NCBI GenBank assembly: GCA_021432655.1
Contig: MU271290.1
Location: forward strand, 1 to 64,000
DNA from: Atractiella rhizophila
Lineage: Eukaryota
Direction of reading: 5' to 3'
DNA length: 64,000 nucleotides
The notes under the pieces: generated by a model
Seen by the model: only the letters and a program-made list of their open reading frames with translations
Told to the model about the DNA's origin: nothing
Databases searched by the model: none
Shown: positions 25,275 to 38,252 of the stretch, piece by piece
Position numbering within the stretch: position 1 is the first letter of the stretch
Layout of the letters: each line of letters opens with the position of its first letter
Made by a program: the position numbers and the translations under genes

Positions 25275-26808
25275 CCTTTCGTGTTTTGCAAGAACTACAG
25301 GCCATCTATTTCCAAATCGTTTTACGGGTTAGGATGAAGCGAAGTGGATGTTTTAGCTAGCTCTACCTCCTTCCGCACTGTAGGGTGCTGAAAGGGAGGC
25401 ATTCAAGCCCACTTATAATACGCGGTTCGCTCTCATTCAAGCAGCGAATTGGGACTGGAAGGTCGCAAATGCTTCCCCCTCTCTTGGGAACATCGAACAG
25501 CAGGATTTTGTACAATATCCGAGATAACATTGGAACATCCCAAGCAAATCCGGTAAAAGCCGGCGTGGTGGTGCCAATGAACTGGACACAAGCCTGTACG
25601 GCGGACAGTGCAACAAAAGAGGATCAAACAATTGGGATGTACTATGCAGGACTTTACAGGACAAAGTTGGTAAATTTATCACCAAAATTATCACTAATCT
25701 AAGTCTAAGATGGTCGCACTGATCACATCTGGCTTTACAGAGGAAGGTGAAGATCCTACAAGAAAAATGTTAAACTTCCTCAAGTACTCACAGCAAACAG
25801 TCTGAGTACGTTGTAGTTAGACTGCGGATCAAAAGATTGCCTGATAGTAGGCTGTACGAAGAAACTACTCTCGGGATCGATTGAACCCAAGGGGAAAGCA
25901 AGGGCCACTGTGTGGCTTTTGCACATCATACCACGCCGCCGTCGTTTGACGTCGGCGCTGGCGTTCATAAACTTGATGCGCGATGGAATCAGTCTTTCTT
26001 GGTCCAACTTAGAGAAAGGATAGGTTGAGATGCGAAGTAGGCACACATTCTGCGTACATACTCCGCTTTAGCTTGTTATGAACGATACTGCAAGTAACGG
26101 GAGAAAGCTGAGCGCTGAACAGACTTATGATGCCAAGATCGTTTAGCGCTGTTTAACGTTGATTGATGATTGGCGGAAAATGTCTCGAACTCCACATAGT
26201 TCAAGGAGGTTTCAGAGGGCCTGTAGGACTCAGCAGACCAGCAGATTCATCGGTTACAGTTTGATCGAACAACGATATTGTACAACAGCTTTATTTAGAC
26301 GGGCAGTAAATGTAGCTTGTCAAGCAAGACAATGAATCTAGATTCAGAGCGATATTACAACGCCGAAACTCACAAGAGCGCAGATTCCGGCAGAGAGAAC
26401 AGGATAATAATTCCGCAACCGGACAAAAATATGAATGCAGAGTGAGCAAGTAATTTCAACTCTCAATCTCGTCCACAATTTTGTCAAGAAAGCACAATGG
26501 AAAACTGAGTTGTGTTCTGAAACAACAGCGTTTAGAAGACATACCATGAATGGGCGAAACATCCGTTCGGCTCCAGCACTCCCTCCTCACCTCACTCTTG
26601 TTCCTGCCGGCAGATTGCGGATTACTTTGTCCAATGCCCGCTCCACCCGATCCGACGCACATTCCAGCCGGCTCCACATCTGGGACGTAAAATTCCATGT
26701 TACTAAGAATGGGCAAGTGATCCATTTCGTGAAAGTCAGATGTTGTTTATTTGATGTTCATCAAAGTCACAGCGGCACCGAGAACCTTAAGAGACATTGC
26801 AGATGAAA

Positions 26809-26831
26809 CGTTGTTGTTGTTGTTGTTGTTG
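26809..26831. repeat. (GTT)7 microsatellite
   Basis: gttgttgttgttgttgttgtt seen directly. Confidence 0.9.
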
Positions 26832-27203
26832 CTTTCAAGCCGTTCTCTAGATGTGACTGGCTCACCTGTTATCTCTCCCCTCCTGAAATAATCAAGATCT
26901 TGAATCCCCTCTTGCCACACGCAACTTTGGCTAACCAGTAATACATAATAAATCAGCTCTCTTTGATATCCTTTTACAGCGCAGTTAGTAACTTCTGAGA
27001 TCTTTGTTAAGTAACCGAATGTTACTGTAAGGATCTACCAGGTATGAGATTAAAAGTGGTTTAATGCATTGAATCATTAACAATAAGCGACGACATCGTA
27101 TATCGAACGTCGAACGTCGAAGTATTCACAGAATGAAAATCATTACATCACGTCGTGAAATCAATCATCCACTCTACTGCAGTAAATTGTGGAAAGACAT
27201 CGC

Positions 27204-28178
27204 TTAGAGCATAAAAGCAACAGCTCCGACCACAGTAAGGAGAATTCCAGCCTTTTCGACTTGGAGAGTGGACGCCGGAGAGTTTGAGTTTGTTTGCTGG
27301 GGTGCAGCAGCAGACGTGGCGCTCTGTATCGAGAAAAAAGATGAGATAAACGTGTTTTTGGAAAGGAGGACAGGAATACGAACGGCCAACACACTGCTTG
27401 CGCTCGCTGAAGCCTGGCTCAGCACGCTCGAGATGCTCGCCTGGATGCTGCTCGCCGCTCCACTGGCAGAGGTGGCGGATGCGAGTTGTTGGGAAGCCTC
27501 AGAAGAGAGGGAGGAGCGGACGGATGAGAGAGAAGCTGAGAGCTGGGACGCGACGGAGGAAACGGAGGCGGAAGCTTGGGACGCTGAGGAGGAGAGGGAG
27601 GCTACCTCTTGGCTGTTTCCGAAATGTTAGTCGTCATGGTTTGAGGTTTGAAGGGGGAGGGGGCACGAACGAGACGCTGGATTGGACGGAAGAGATGGCC
27701 GCGCTAGCACTGGAGACGACAGAGGAAGGAGGCGGCGCGTCTCCTATTCATTCAATGTCGTCAGATTACGATAGATATTACGTATGGGTGGACGTTGGAA
27801 AAAAACGAACCATTTTGGGCAGCCTTGCATACCTCGCTTCCGGCGTTGAGAGCATTTTGAAGGTCATCCTTGCTCTGCATTTGATATATTAGTAAGGTCC
27901 TGCAGTAACAGATGATTAAAAGAAGAAGGGAAACGCACGCAGTGATCCCTGCAGCATTGCTCATAAGCACCCGTGAAGCTGCCAACATTGCAAGCGGCCG
28001 CCAAATCTCCTGGGGTTGTACCGGGAGCGAGGTAGGGCTGTTCCGTGATCTTGACGGCGAGGCAGAAAGGAGCACAAGGGGGAGTGTTGTTGGGGAAGGA
28101 CTGGCGCTTGATGACTGGGTATCCGTAAGGCGTGGCGATGGCCGAAGCGATGAGGGTGCTGAGGAGGAGGGAGATCAT
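27204..28178 (-). CDS. CFEM-like, Ser/Ala-rich, probably GPI-anchored cell-surface protein (paralog A)
   Basis: Signal peptide, KR site, PPCAPFC...DLAAAC...CCRDHC...VC, Ser/Ala stalk, hydrophobic tail ILLTVVGAVAFML. Confidence 0.75.
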
Positions 28179-29906
28179 GATGATTGATTTCTTGGGTTTC
28201 GTTAGAGTCGTCGAAAGCTCGAAAGTCGAATAAAGAACTGCTGAAGCGTTGAAGATGAGAGAAAGGGGAGGATGAGGGTCAGGTTTTTTATAGGCTTGCT
28301 GTTGGAAGCATCAACAAAGCAGACGTCAGGATATTCCAGGAAAACGCGTGGAAGCTGCTCAATTATTGCATCAGCAATTGTTCAGGTATCCCAATTCACT
28401 CGCTGTATCCTGTTTTTGTCGGGATAACAGCGCAAGAATGACGTGCGTTCCTCAAAACTTCGCCGCTGAACAATCCTGGCCATCATTCCCCATGCCTTGT
28501 ATCACGAAGCAAAAGACAACGGGAGCATTTACCTGCCGCCTCATAGCGCGTCTTCTTCGACTTAACATGCCTCTCAAGAAAGTCTGAGTGGCTCTAAGCG
28601 AAGGAGCAAGACGAGGTTTAGCATTTCATTGGGTACGGTCGACGTCAAAAGTTACGTCATGAACAGCATCGATCTTGTAGATCACATGATCGCGGGAAGA
28701 TGCAGAAGAATAGAAGAAGAACTCATCATTCTGTCCAATGTTGGAAGATGGAGAGGACAGAGGCAGGCATAGAGGCGAATGGGCGACCAGTTAGATATTT
28801 GAACTCTGGAGCCCATCACGTTGGGCTCCAACCTGCCTCACCGAAAACATTGTTATTGACCCTCCAAACTCCAATTTGACCCCATTCCATGAAGCATCCA
28901 TAAATCGTCCTGAATCTATAGACACATTACATTTGTGTCTGACTACGCTGTTTGCATCACCCGCCAACCTCTAGCGTGGTATCCTCAGATCGGAGGTATC
29001 GAGCACATCCTGGTTCAAGAACAGATGATGTCGTCCGTCAGTTTGAAATGTGTGCAAAGTTGGACGCGAATGAGGACAGGGCGAAGCGGTAGTTCTTTGG
29101 TCATTGACGGAACTGCTTTCCTTCAGTAGGTTCCCCAACCTCGAGCGAGAGGAGGTAGAGACGAGGATCAAATGCTGACGAAACGTCCACCTAAGTCGTT
29201 GTGGTTGGAGTGCAGTAGTCCTGCCCTTTGATATATATTATACTTTGACAGAATCTGTCCTCCAAGTTCACGACGGTGATAGCGCATGTTTCGATTGCAA
29301 GAGACAAGGATCCCATTTGGCATGCATGTAGTTTTCCGACATCTTATTTGTAGAACAAATCTTGATATTTTGCCACAACTATCAGGAGGTAGAATCAAAA
29401 GTTCAGATGACGCTGTACATTGAGCAATGCATAGTAGCCGGGATTCCAAAGCTATTCAAAGATAGGTGAGTGAAGACTTGAAGACGAACCACTGTTCCCT
29501 GTCGAAATTCCGCCACTAGCCTATCATCTCCCAGAATGCTGAATTCCTCTTCGCTAGCGCCATGCCTCATGCCTCATGTATCTCATGTGTCCTGCCATTT
29601 CCGCCTATTGCTGAGCGCTCTCAGCCCCCCCGAGGTATGTATTCCCGGCCGCCTAACAGAAAAAAGTTTCGTGGTCGTGTCAGCTTGTGGTATGCTATGA
29701 GCCCGTTTGTGCTCTCCCTCCATCGTTCATTCCCGTTTCTTCGCAATCCTTCAACCAACTCTGTGTTTGTCCCTCTTTTCTCCCGGCTTTCGAGTTCTGA
29801 AGAAGGAAGCACCTCCAGCTCGAATGGTCGTTTGAGAAAGAGGAAGCACCATGCTATCGCTTATGACCTCAAAAAACATTTTCCATCGCCTAGCATACCT
29901 CCCACG

Positions 29907-32900
29907 ATGGTCTCTCTGCCCACGCAGTCTTTCTTCAGACTGGTAGATGTGGAAAGTGAAGCTTCAGCTGTGGAGGAGGTCGGTGTGCTAGAAGGGAAGT
30001 ACGTCAGAGAATGGCTAGGCATTCTGCTCGATGTGTTCGCTTTCTTCTTCTATTTTTGTCTCCATGCTCTAAACAATTGATTGATAGAACGGGATTCGGA
30101 TTCCTCACCTCTACATTCCCTCACCCACCTCTCCCTAAACGAATCCGTCTCGCATCCCTGCCAACGCCGCCCTCTTACTCTCCTCCACCGAAAGAAACAA
30201 ATATTCCCTCCACAGGCACCATCCGTAAGCCCTCAAGTCCTGTTCCCAACGTTGCTATGCTGACAAAGACACGAAGCGAAAGTGGAAGCCTCAATTGACA
30301 ACTTTCTTCGTTTCATAGCTCAGAGGTTCCCTGCCGCGAGGGAAGAGTGGAAGAAAGAGAACGGAGGGAAGTGGGAGAAGAAGGGGATGTCGATCGTGAC
30401 GAAGAGGGTATTGGAGGAATACAATGCTGGTTTGTCCTCTGACCATGTCATCCACTTCCCTCCTCCTCTTCCCTGTACTCTCTGTCCCCTCTGATGTTGA
30501 TGCGGATGGATAGGCGTACCGCAGAACATGAGGAGGAAGATCATGAGATCCTTTGACGTTTTTTTCGCACTTAACATGCACAAATTCTCGGGAGGAAAAC
30601 GGGGTAGTAGGGGAGAGATGTACAAAGCGGCGTTGAGCGCTTGGGAAGTTGCCAAAGCTGAGGGACGGGATGCATTCGGTACATACATCTCCCTCCTTTC
30701 CTTCAAATGATACACTGCTGACAGTGTAGGGTTAAACGTATACAGGTGATGAACCCCCAATGACCGCGAGACAAGAAGCTAATAAACCGCTCCACGATTT
30801 CTTGAGGTCGAGAAGCAAGGAAATTGCGTACGAAGCTCGATTGAAGGGTGAGGAGGTGGACGGGATAGAGGCGAGACGAAGGGCGCGGAGTGAGTGGAAG
30901 GAGAAGAAAGCGAAAGAGCGTGCTGGAGCAGGCAGGTCCCCAACCGCCCCAACAAACCCAAACCAAACGTCAAAAAACCGGGCCGAAAAAACAAACCGAA
31001 AGAAGGATGGATGCAGGGCCGCCAAGCGCGAAGAAGGCAGATTTGAAACCTTTCTACGATTTTTTGAAGGCAAGGTCGGAGGTTATCCGTGCTGGGGCGA
31101 GGGAAAAGGGAATACAGATGACAGGTCGGGAAGCTAGGAAGAAAGCGACAATAGAATGGAACGAGCAAACTGCAGAAGGTGCGTCATCACATTCCTTCCC
31201 GTCTCTCCACGACTAAAGGAAGGGTGTGAAACAGCTAAGAAGGAAAGGAAGGCGGGTTCGTCCTACACCACTTTGATTTCGGGTTGGTCTGATGAACTCT
31301 GCGGTTGTCCTGTTCCTACCTACAGCTAAATCACTTTCGAAGTCGCGAAATCTAACAGAGCTCGTCCCTCTCGAATCGATACAATCGAGAGGCAAACGCA
31401 CGTTCCTCTCTTTCGTCAGGTCAAGGACGGCAGAGATTTTGGACTCCGATCTGAGTATGAGGAGGAAGGAGGCGAGGAAGCAAGCCGTGGCTGATTGGAA
31501 ACGATGTTTGTCTTTCCTCCTTCTCAATCTCTTCCCTTGACGACCTAGCTTGAGAGATGAACTAAGGAGAGTTGTGGGCGCAGTACAGAATAAGAAAAAC
31601 AGGTTAAAAAGAAGTACGTTTCATTCTGCTGATAATAACTTGTAAGAAACATGTAAGACCTGACGGTGGGTTATGGATAGGGGGTTTACTCGACATATCA
31701 GAGGAAGAATTGGAATCTCTTCCTCAGGGCAAGAAAAAGGAGCTAGCTCTTTTCATCCGTTCGAGAATCAGGGCAGCATCCAACGGCCTCACCACGTCGA
31801 ACCATCCGTCTTCCCACACTTCGACGTCAACCCTCACGCCTGAGCAAGCCATGGCAGAGTTCCAGGCGCGCGAAAGGGAACGGTTGGCAGAGAAGAGGGC
31901 TGTGTACTTGAGGTATAAACAGTTCCTGGTTGATAAGGAAAAGGAGCTGGGGGACACGGCGAGTGGCAGGACGATGACGATCTTTCAGCTGAAAAGTGCA
32001 GCGATAGAGGAGTGGAAGAAGGACACTGGTTTGCCTGGTTCGTTTCTCGTCCCAGTCTCCTCGACCACCACCCTTCCTTTCTTCTACCCAGTTCCTCTTC
32101 TAAGTGTCAAGAAGATGGCTGATCTTGGTGAATCAGTTCCGGACCAGGTTAACGTGAGAGCACCGAAGACAAAGGTCGACGAATTCTACAGTGCTGTTAG
32201 GAATCGGATGAGAGAGATTTTGGACCTCAATCCTGAGATGTCTACGGAAGACGCACGCCGACAAGCGAAAATGGATGTGGCGAAACTCGACGAGAGATCC
32301 TCTCTACCACCACGAGCATGTGTGTTCTCGATTCATTTGCTCTCTGCTAAGGACAAAACTTATGCCTGCCCTTACAGTGATCGGTCCAGATCATATATCC
32401 GAGAGTCAGTCTCCGTTTCCGCCTTTCAACTGGCATTGACACCTTCCTTCTGATCGGTCAGGGATTACTCCAGCACAGAAGATCTACGTTTTGTTCATGC
32501 GGCAAGTATCAAAGGAAATCGCGGCTCAAAACCCTACACTTTCGAAGGTGGAAGTTCAGCAGGCAGCGCAACAGAAGTGGAGAGAATCTAAGACCAGAAC
32601 AGGAGTACGTCAAAAGAAGACGGAGTTAGAAGGGACGGAACAAAGGGTTGTGAAGAGGGAGAGTGAGTCTGGATGTTCAATGCATTAGGATGTAAGCGTT
32701 GTTGATGTTTTGACAGCGCAAGAGAACATGCAGCAGGCAGAAGCAGCACAGAAAACTAGTGCATTGAGCAGTTTGCAAATGGAACAGATACTCTTTCAAC
32801 GTCGCCGTATGGAGGAGATCTTGAACCAGGACCCAGACATCGAGCGACAAGCCGCGAGAATACAAGTTGCCGAGGACTGGAAGCAGGAAAAGCTGAGACG

Positions 32901-33669
32901 TGTAGAGGAGGAAGTGAGGACAAGGAGGCAGTTCTTTTCTTTCGTGAGGCAGAAGGAGAAGGAGCTGAAAGGTATCAATCCGGATACTTCACCCAAGGAG
33001 CGACGCCAAATCGCTATCGATGAGTGGAAAGTCTCATCAGGCAAGCATGGTCGGTTCTTCTTTCCTCTCTCGCGATTCACGCTTGATTTCTGAAGGAACG
33101 CCCTAGTGCCATGTGCTATCAATGTAACTACCGCCCTTACCGCAGTCGAGGACTACAAACGCTTTTTGAAGGACATGGTCAAGGCAGATAACCTACACCT
33201 TTCGCCATCTGAACTTCGTAAACGGGTTGGGGAGGAATGGGACGAATTTCGTAAGCCATGCGAGAGTGAGGAACTAGCATTCATCATTCCTTTCCTCTGA
33301 CGAATGAGATGGTGTTCAGATCCACGAACTGTCAAGCCCAGCCGCCGACGGAAGCCCGTCGCGATTTTGGAGAAACTCTCACCGGGGAGGAAGGAGTACA
33401 TCTTGTTCACTAGGAAGAAAGCTGAAGAGATTCGCCAGAAAGACGCCACTATCACCCTGCTGGAAGCCAACGCTCTGGCAAGGAAAGCTTGGAGAACTCT
33501 TTATGATAGCCGGAACCCGCCACCTCCCAGCAGAAGTCAATATGAGTCCTTTATAAAGGCGAAAGGCAAAGAGCTGCAATCGGAGAACTCTACCCTCTCC
33601 GCAAAGCAAGCACAGGATCTCGCGAGAGAGGCTTGGAAACGCTACAAAGATTCCCATAAAAATGTATAG
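29907..33669 (+). CDS. Large multi-exon protein with about 13 tandem HMG-box/YABBY-like repeats
   Basis: Recurrent (Y/F)xxFxxxxxxEIxxxxPxxxxxExxxxAxxxW motif across ORFs 30282-33669, joined by GT-AG introns. Confidence 0.7.
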
Positions 33670-34037
33670 AACTTAGTTTATTACTTTAATAAGTACATCA
33701 GTAATACATCAGTTAGAAGTAATTTGACATAGTTGATGAAGACGATTTCTCATTATTTCATTCACTGTAGGAAAAAAAAGCAGTTCGTTTGTTCAATGCC
33801 ATGCAGTGACGGAAGAGATCACCACAGTTACTGATGCTTACGTAATGCTTACATCTAGCCACCATTGCGACCTCATTTCATTATCGCAGGTGAAATGTTA
33901 TTCATGAATCATAAAGGCCTATAAAGGGCCTAGCTTTCCCGACCAATCACTCATCTCCTTCACCTTGTTCACCATTCCCCCAGACAAAGTCCTAACTCAA
34001 CTTGTTGTCGTCACTCGCTGAAGCTTCGCGATCCACA

Positions 34038-34377
34038 ATGTCCTCCAGCAAACCACCACAAAGCAAACAAGCAGGTGCGGCTGCTTCTTGCAACAGGTTT
34101 CTACTAGTGGTTTACCAGGTTCGCAGGCAAGACTGTCTCGTATATCTCCTCCGACCTTTCCTACATACGCTCTCAGCTTAATCAGAGAGCGGACTCCCTC
34201 TCCCCCTGTGGAGGCAACTATTACTTTGGTAATGGGATCAAAAAGCTCGAGTGGAGTTTAGGAGGGGCGGAGAGCAGTCTTGAGGGGATAAAGAAGCATT
34301 TTGGGTGGAAAGATACTCATGAAGGGAAAGGAAAATGTGGGTGTAGGAGGGAGTGTTGCTGGGCGTGTGGGAGGTGA
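34038..34377 (+). CDS. Putative small spliced protein (about 97 aa) with Cys-rich C-terminus
   Basis: TATAAA at about 33920, ATG at 34038, intron 34140-34185, ends GKCGCRRECCWACGR*. Confidence 0.35.
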
Positions 34378-34566
34378 AATGTTAGATAAGTGGTGTAACT
34401 TGGACATTCATTTGGTATAGAATATGTGGAAACATCGACGCGAGGATGTTGCAGACAACACATTAGTAAAAACCTAGGACCGGAGCACTTCAAACATGAA
34501 TAGCAGAGCGAATCCGTATAAGTCATACAATACTCACAAAGCGAACCTGTGGAATCAAATTCAGGG

Positions 34567-36876
34567 TCATGTGGAAATGCTTCTCCTCATTTCTGCTACC
34601 TTGACTAGGCATTCAACGACAGCTTTGGCCCTCTCCATAATCGCGAAAGCTGCATCAACGTTACTCCATAGCTCGAGAGTGCGCTGTACGAGGAGTCTTT
34701 CACGATCGGACTCTTTTGAATACGGTTCAACCAGAACGTCGAGAGCAAGAGCGTTCGCTGCCCTGATTCTAATGTCAACTTCCTCGTTCAGTGGAAACGG
34801 AAGTAGACGCATACATGCTACTATAGGTTTGGAGGATGACGCAGCGATCAATCCTTTCGTCCCTTTCAAGGAGGAGAATGATTGTTACTGCCCCACGAAG
34901 CAATTTATTCTTTCGTCGTTGAAGAAAGAGGAAACACCCACTAGCATGGCGTCGTATTCTATCTCTAAATCCTCTCTGCTTTTCATCGCCTTCTGCGCTC
35001 TCGATACTCGAATAGGGTAGCAACAGGACAAGGAAAGCGACGCTCAGACTGAGATTGAACCACCTGGCATCAGCCAAAATCTCTTCCGCGAGCTCTCCAC
35101 TTTCGTCCGTCCGAACCTTCAAAGTTTCACTCATGCTGTGCTCGATGTCGTCCAACGCGTGGACAAATTCATCCAGCTTTCTCGAGGACAGGCCGCGTTT
35201 TCCAGCGCGAGAGGAAGATGTCACAGGAGAGCGGGAGGCGGAATAGTGCGCAGATTGGAAGGCGAACATGAGAGAGGAGAGACGAACTGATTGCTCGAAG
35301 TGATCCTCTGCCCCACTACTACCTCTTTGAGGATATGTGTACTGAGGTGGACAGGTGAGGTGAACTGGCATGAAGACGCGTAGGAAAGGTGCGCCACAAC
35401 TTAGTCTCAAGAGCGCATAGTAGCAGCGCCGCTTCAACTCCGCGTTCTCTTCTTGATCGCTTCGTTCCAGATCTGCGTCAAGGCAAGGAGCGGAAGGATG
35501 AAGAGGATCTTGAGATAAGCCAAGTCGGTCAGCGAGGGATTGGAGGGTCGGAGTGAAGGCATGGACAGCGTGAGGTGACGGAGATGTGCGAACGAAGAAA
35601 TCCTGGAGAAGAATCAAGGCCCGAAACCCTTGCAGTGAAGGATGTATGAAGATGTCTGTTCCTCTCATTAAAGTCCACCCTCATACAAGCAGACGGAAAT
35701 GAAACAAATACCGCTCGCAAGTAAAATGGACATTGAGATCTCGACGCATCTTTTGATAACGTCAGCTTTTTCAATCCCCTTCAAGCTGTCATCCGTCCGC
35801 AACAGCTCGTCCCAATCTTCGTGCCCAACCACATGTAGTCCATGCCCACAAACGATGAAAAGGGTGGCCAACCATCCTGGATCTACGTGGTCCAATGGCG
35901 TCTCCCGCCCATCAACAGCATTGACTCGACGAGTGAAATCCTGGTATTCCGGTGCGAGAACACGCAGATCTATGAGCATGTCTATCGTGTTCAGTGTCTG
36001 AAGAAAGGATGCTATAGAAACGCTGATGATTGAAGTGCAAGGAAGATCCCGACTAGTCGGAAATGGAGGCAGGCTGGAAGCATCGAAGGAGAAACATTGA
36101 GGAAAATCCAACTTCCTTGTTGCTGTCGCGGGAGGAATGGTGGGAACCGGGAGATTACAGAGGGAAGCTTTCGACTGTTCCTCTCTTTAATTGACATCGC
36201 ATGCAATGAGCAACAGAGACAGACTAGTTCGAGGATGTCTCCAGACAATCCCCCAATACCTGATCCTACATCTACTCCTCCTCTCCCAGATCCAAGTATT
36301 AATTCTTGAAGGGCAGCATGCAATAACCCGCACTGTTCAAGCGGCTCTGCCTCCTCCCACACAGCGAAATTTCCCTCATTATTCCAAACGGCGGCAGCGT
36401 GCCCAGTATTTGCAGGGGATGCAGTTGCTTCGCTTGAGGACGTCGCATTGGTCGAACCTGAGGAACCGTGTCCAGAAGCAAGCGATAAAAGTACACCCTC
36501 CAGTCTATTGAGCTGTTGTCGAATTGTCACCTTATCCTTATCTGCCCTGCGCGCGATTGTATCAACCATATTGACGAGGATGCATCAACAAACCTATCCT
36601 TCTCCCTTCCTTTCACTGTGGCACTCCTATCAAAATCGTACCAACACTCCTCCCCCCTCCCTCTCTTCAGGCATCCCTCACACGGTGAACCGGAGTCGCA
36701 ACCGACCTTCCTGTCCTGCCAGCTCTTCCGTCATGCCCACAGGGAATGGCGTAAACTTACCTCTCGCGACATGGTACGCAACGCGAATAGCGAGAGGGGC
36801 GTGTACGTTTCATCTTTGGAGAAATGGCGCGCTCCAGCTCTTCTGCTGTGGACATCGCAGCCCGTTTTGGAGGCAT
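34567..36876 (-). CDS. Zn(II)2Cys6 fungal transcription factor with fungal TF middle region
   Basis: Spliced CVPCRER/KVGCDSGSPCEGCLKRGRGEECWY, coiled-coil IRQQLNRLEGVL, WLATLFIVC and ELKRRCYYALL motifs. Confidence 0.88.
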
Positions 36877-37347
36877 CTTGTAACGAAGTTCAACTGCCGA
36901 ACGTCTCGAACTGATGTCCTTTTGCCGTGTTGGTTTGGAGATGGGAAGCAAGTCTCGCTAGCTCGGCAGCTATCACAGTTGCCGTTGCTATAAAAAACGA
37001 AAGGAATACGAACCAAGTCGCGATGAGATGCTCGGAGGCTGAACCTACGAATGACTTTTTGAATGGTGGTTCTCTGCTGTAGTGAAGATCAATCGTCAGC
37101 TTGGCGCAAACGTACAGGCACAATCCGGGAGAGCATCACCGGGTTCTCAAGTGAGGACGCTAGGCAAGGTCATGAAAATCATACTCTTTCATGACTCAGT
37201 GTATATATTCTGAGTTCACCCAATAGTTGGATGATAACTCGATCCATTCCCATAATATCACGTAAACACATACGCAAGTCTAAAGTACAAATGCACCTTT
37301 ATTATCTGTCCAAGAAAAACAAGTGTAAGGGAAGAAAAGAACAGTGT

Positions 37348-38252
37348 TCAAACAAAGAAGAAGACCATGCTGAAGCTGACCAGGAGACCAACAAAGGTCG
37401 CTCCATGTGACAATCTAGCCCGAGATCCATGAGACGACGATTCATCTGACGAGGTGGTCGTGGTACTGTTAGCTTCCTACGCCACGCATCGTTATCCCTA
37501 TTCTTGTCATCAAGATGTAAGAGAAGGACGAACAGGAACGGTCGTGATCACGGTCGTCGCAGTTCCCAAGTCTGAATCAAGCGCCAATGAGATCGATGAG
37601 ATTTCGCTGCTCATACTCTGAAGCGCTGAGCTCAAGGATGAAGCAAAGGTGCTCGTCACAGAACCGGAGGAAGTGATGTATCTAGTGGCACTACTGGTAC
37701 TTGAAGTCGTCATTGCTGACGGTGTGGAGGAGTTAACGGATGAGGTGGGTGAGAGCGAGCTCCTGGACGAAAGCGAAGCCCGAGTTACAGTGGATGAGGC
37801 GGCCACAGAGGAAGATGACGTGGCTATCGTCAAAAGGACCCATCGACTGTCAGCATCGAAACTACCAAAAAGGAGGAGTGAGGTACCTTCCAGAGCCGTC
37901 TGACAGATCACCGCTCCTGCGCTCAGGGCAGCAGGTAGGTCATCCTCTGGCTGCTTATTGTCAACAAAAATAAAGACAAGGATGACAGGACACACACGCA
38001 ATTATCCCTGCAGCAGTGAGCATAGGCTCTTTGGAAGTTCTGTACGAGGCAAGCCTGTGCCAAATTGCCTTGTTCGGTCCCTGGCGCCAGGGAGGATTGC
38101 TCCATGATTTTAATGTCCAAGCAGAAAGGAGCACAATCAGGTGTTCCATCAGGGAACGATGAGGCCTGCCTCTTGACATGCAAAATGGGGCTGCGGGACG
38201 CGAAGGTGGGAGCGAAGAGGAAGAGCAGTGTGATTCCCTGCATCGTGTCCAA
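37348..38252 (-). CDS. CFEM-like, Ser/Thr-rich, probably GPI-anchored protein (paralog B)
   Basis: Signal peptide, KR site, PDCAPFC...NLAQAC...CCRDNC...IC, same intron position after the sixth Cys as paralog A, hydrophobic tail FVGLLVSFSMVFFFV. Confidence 0.75.

Noticed and set aside
28300..29500. Short ORFs in this intergenic region (likewise 38400-39600)
   Set aside because: No motifs or consistent splice model could be supported.
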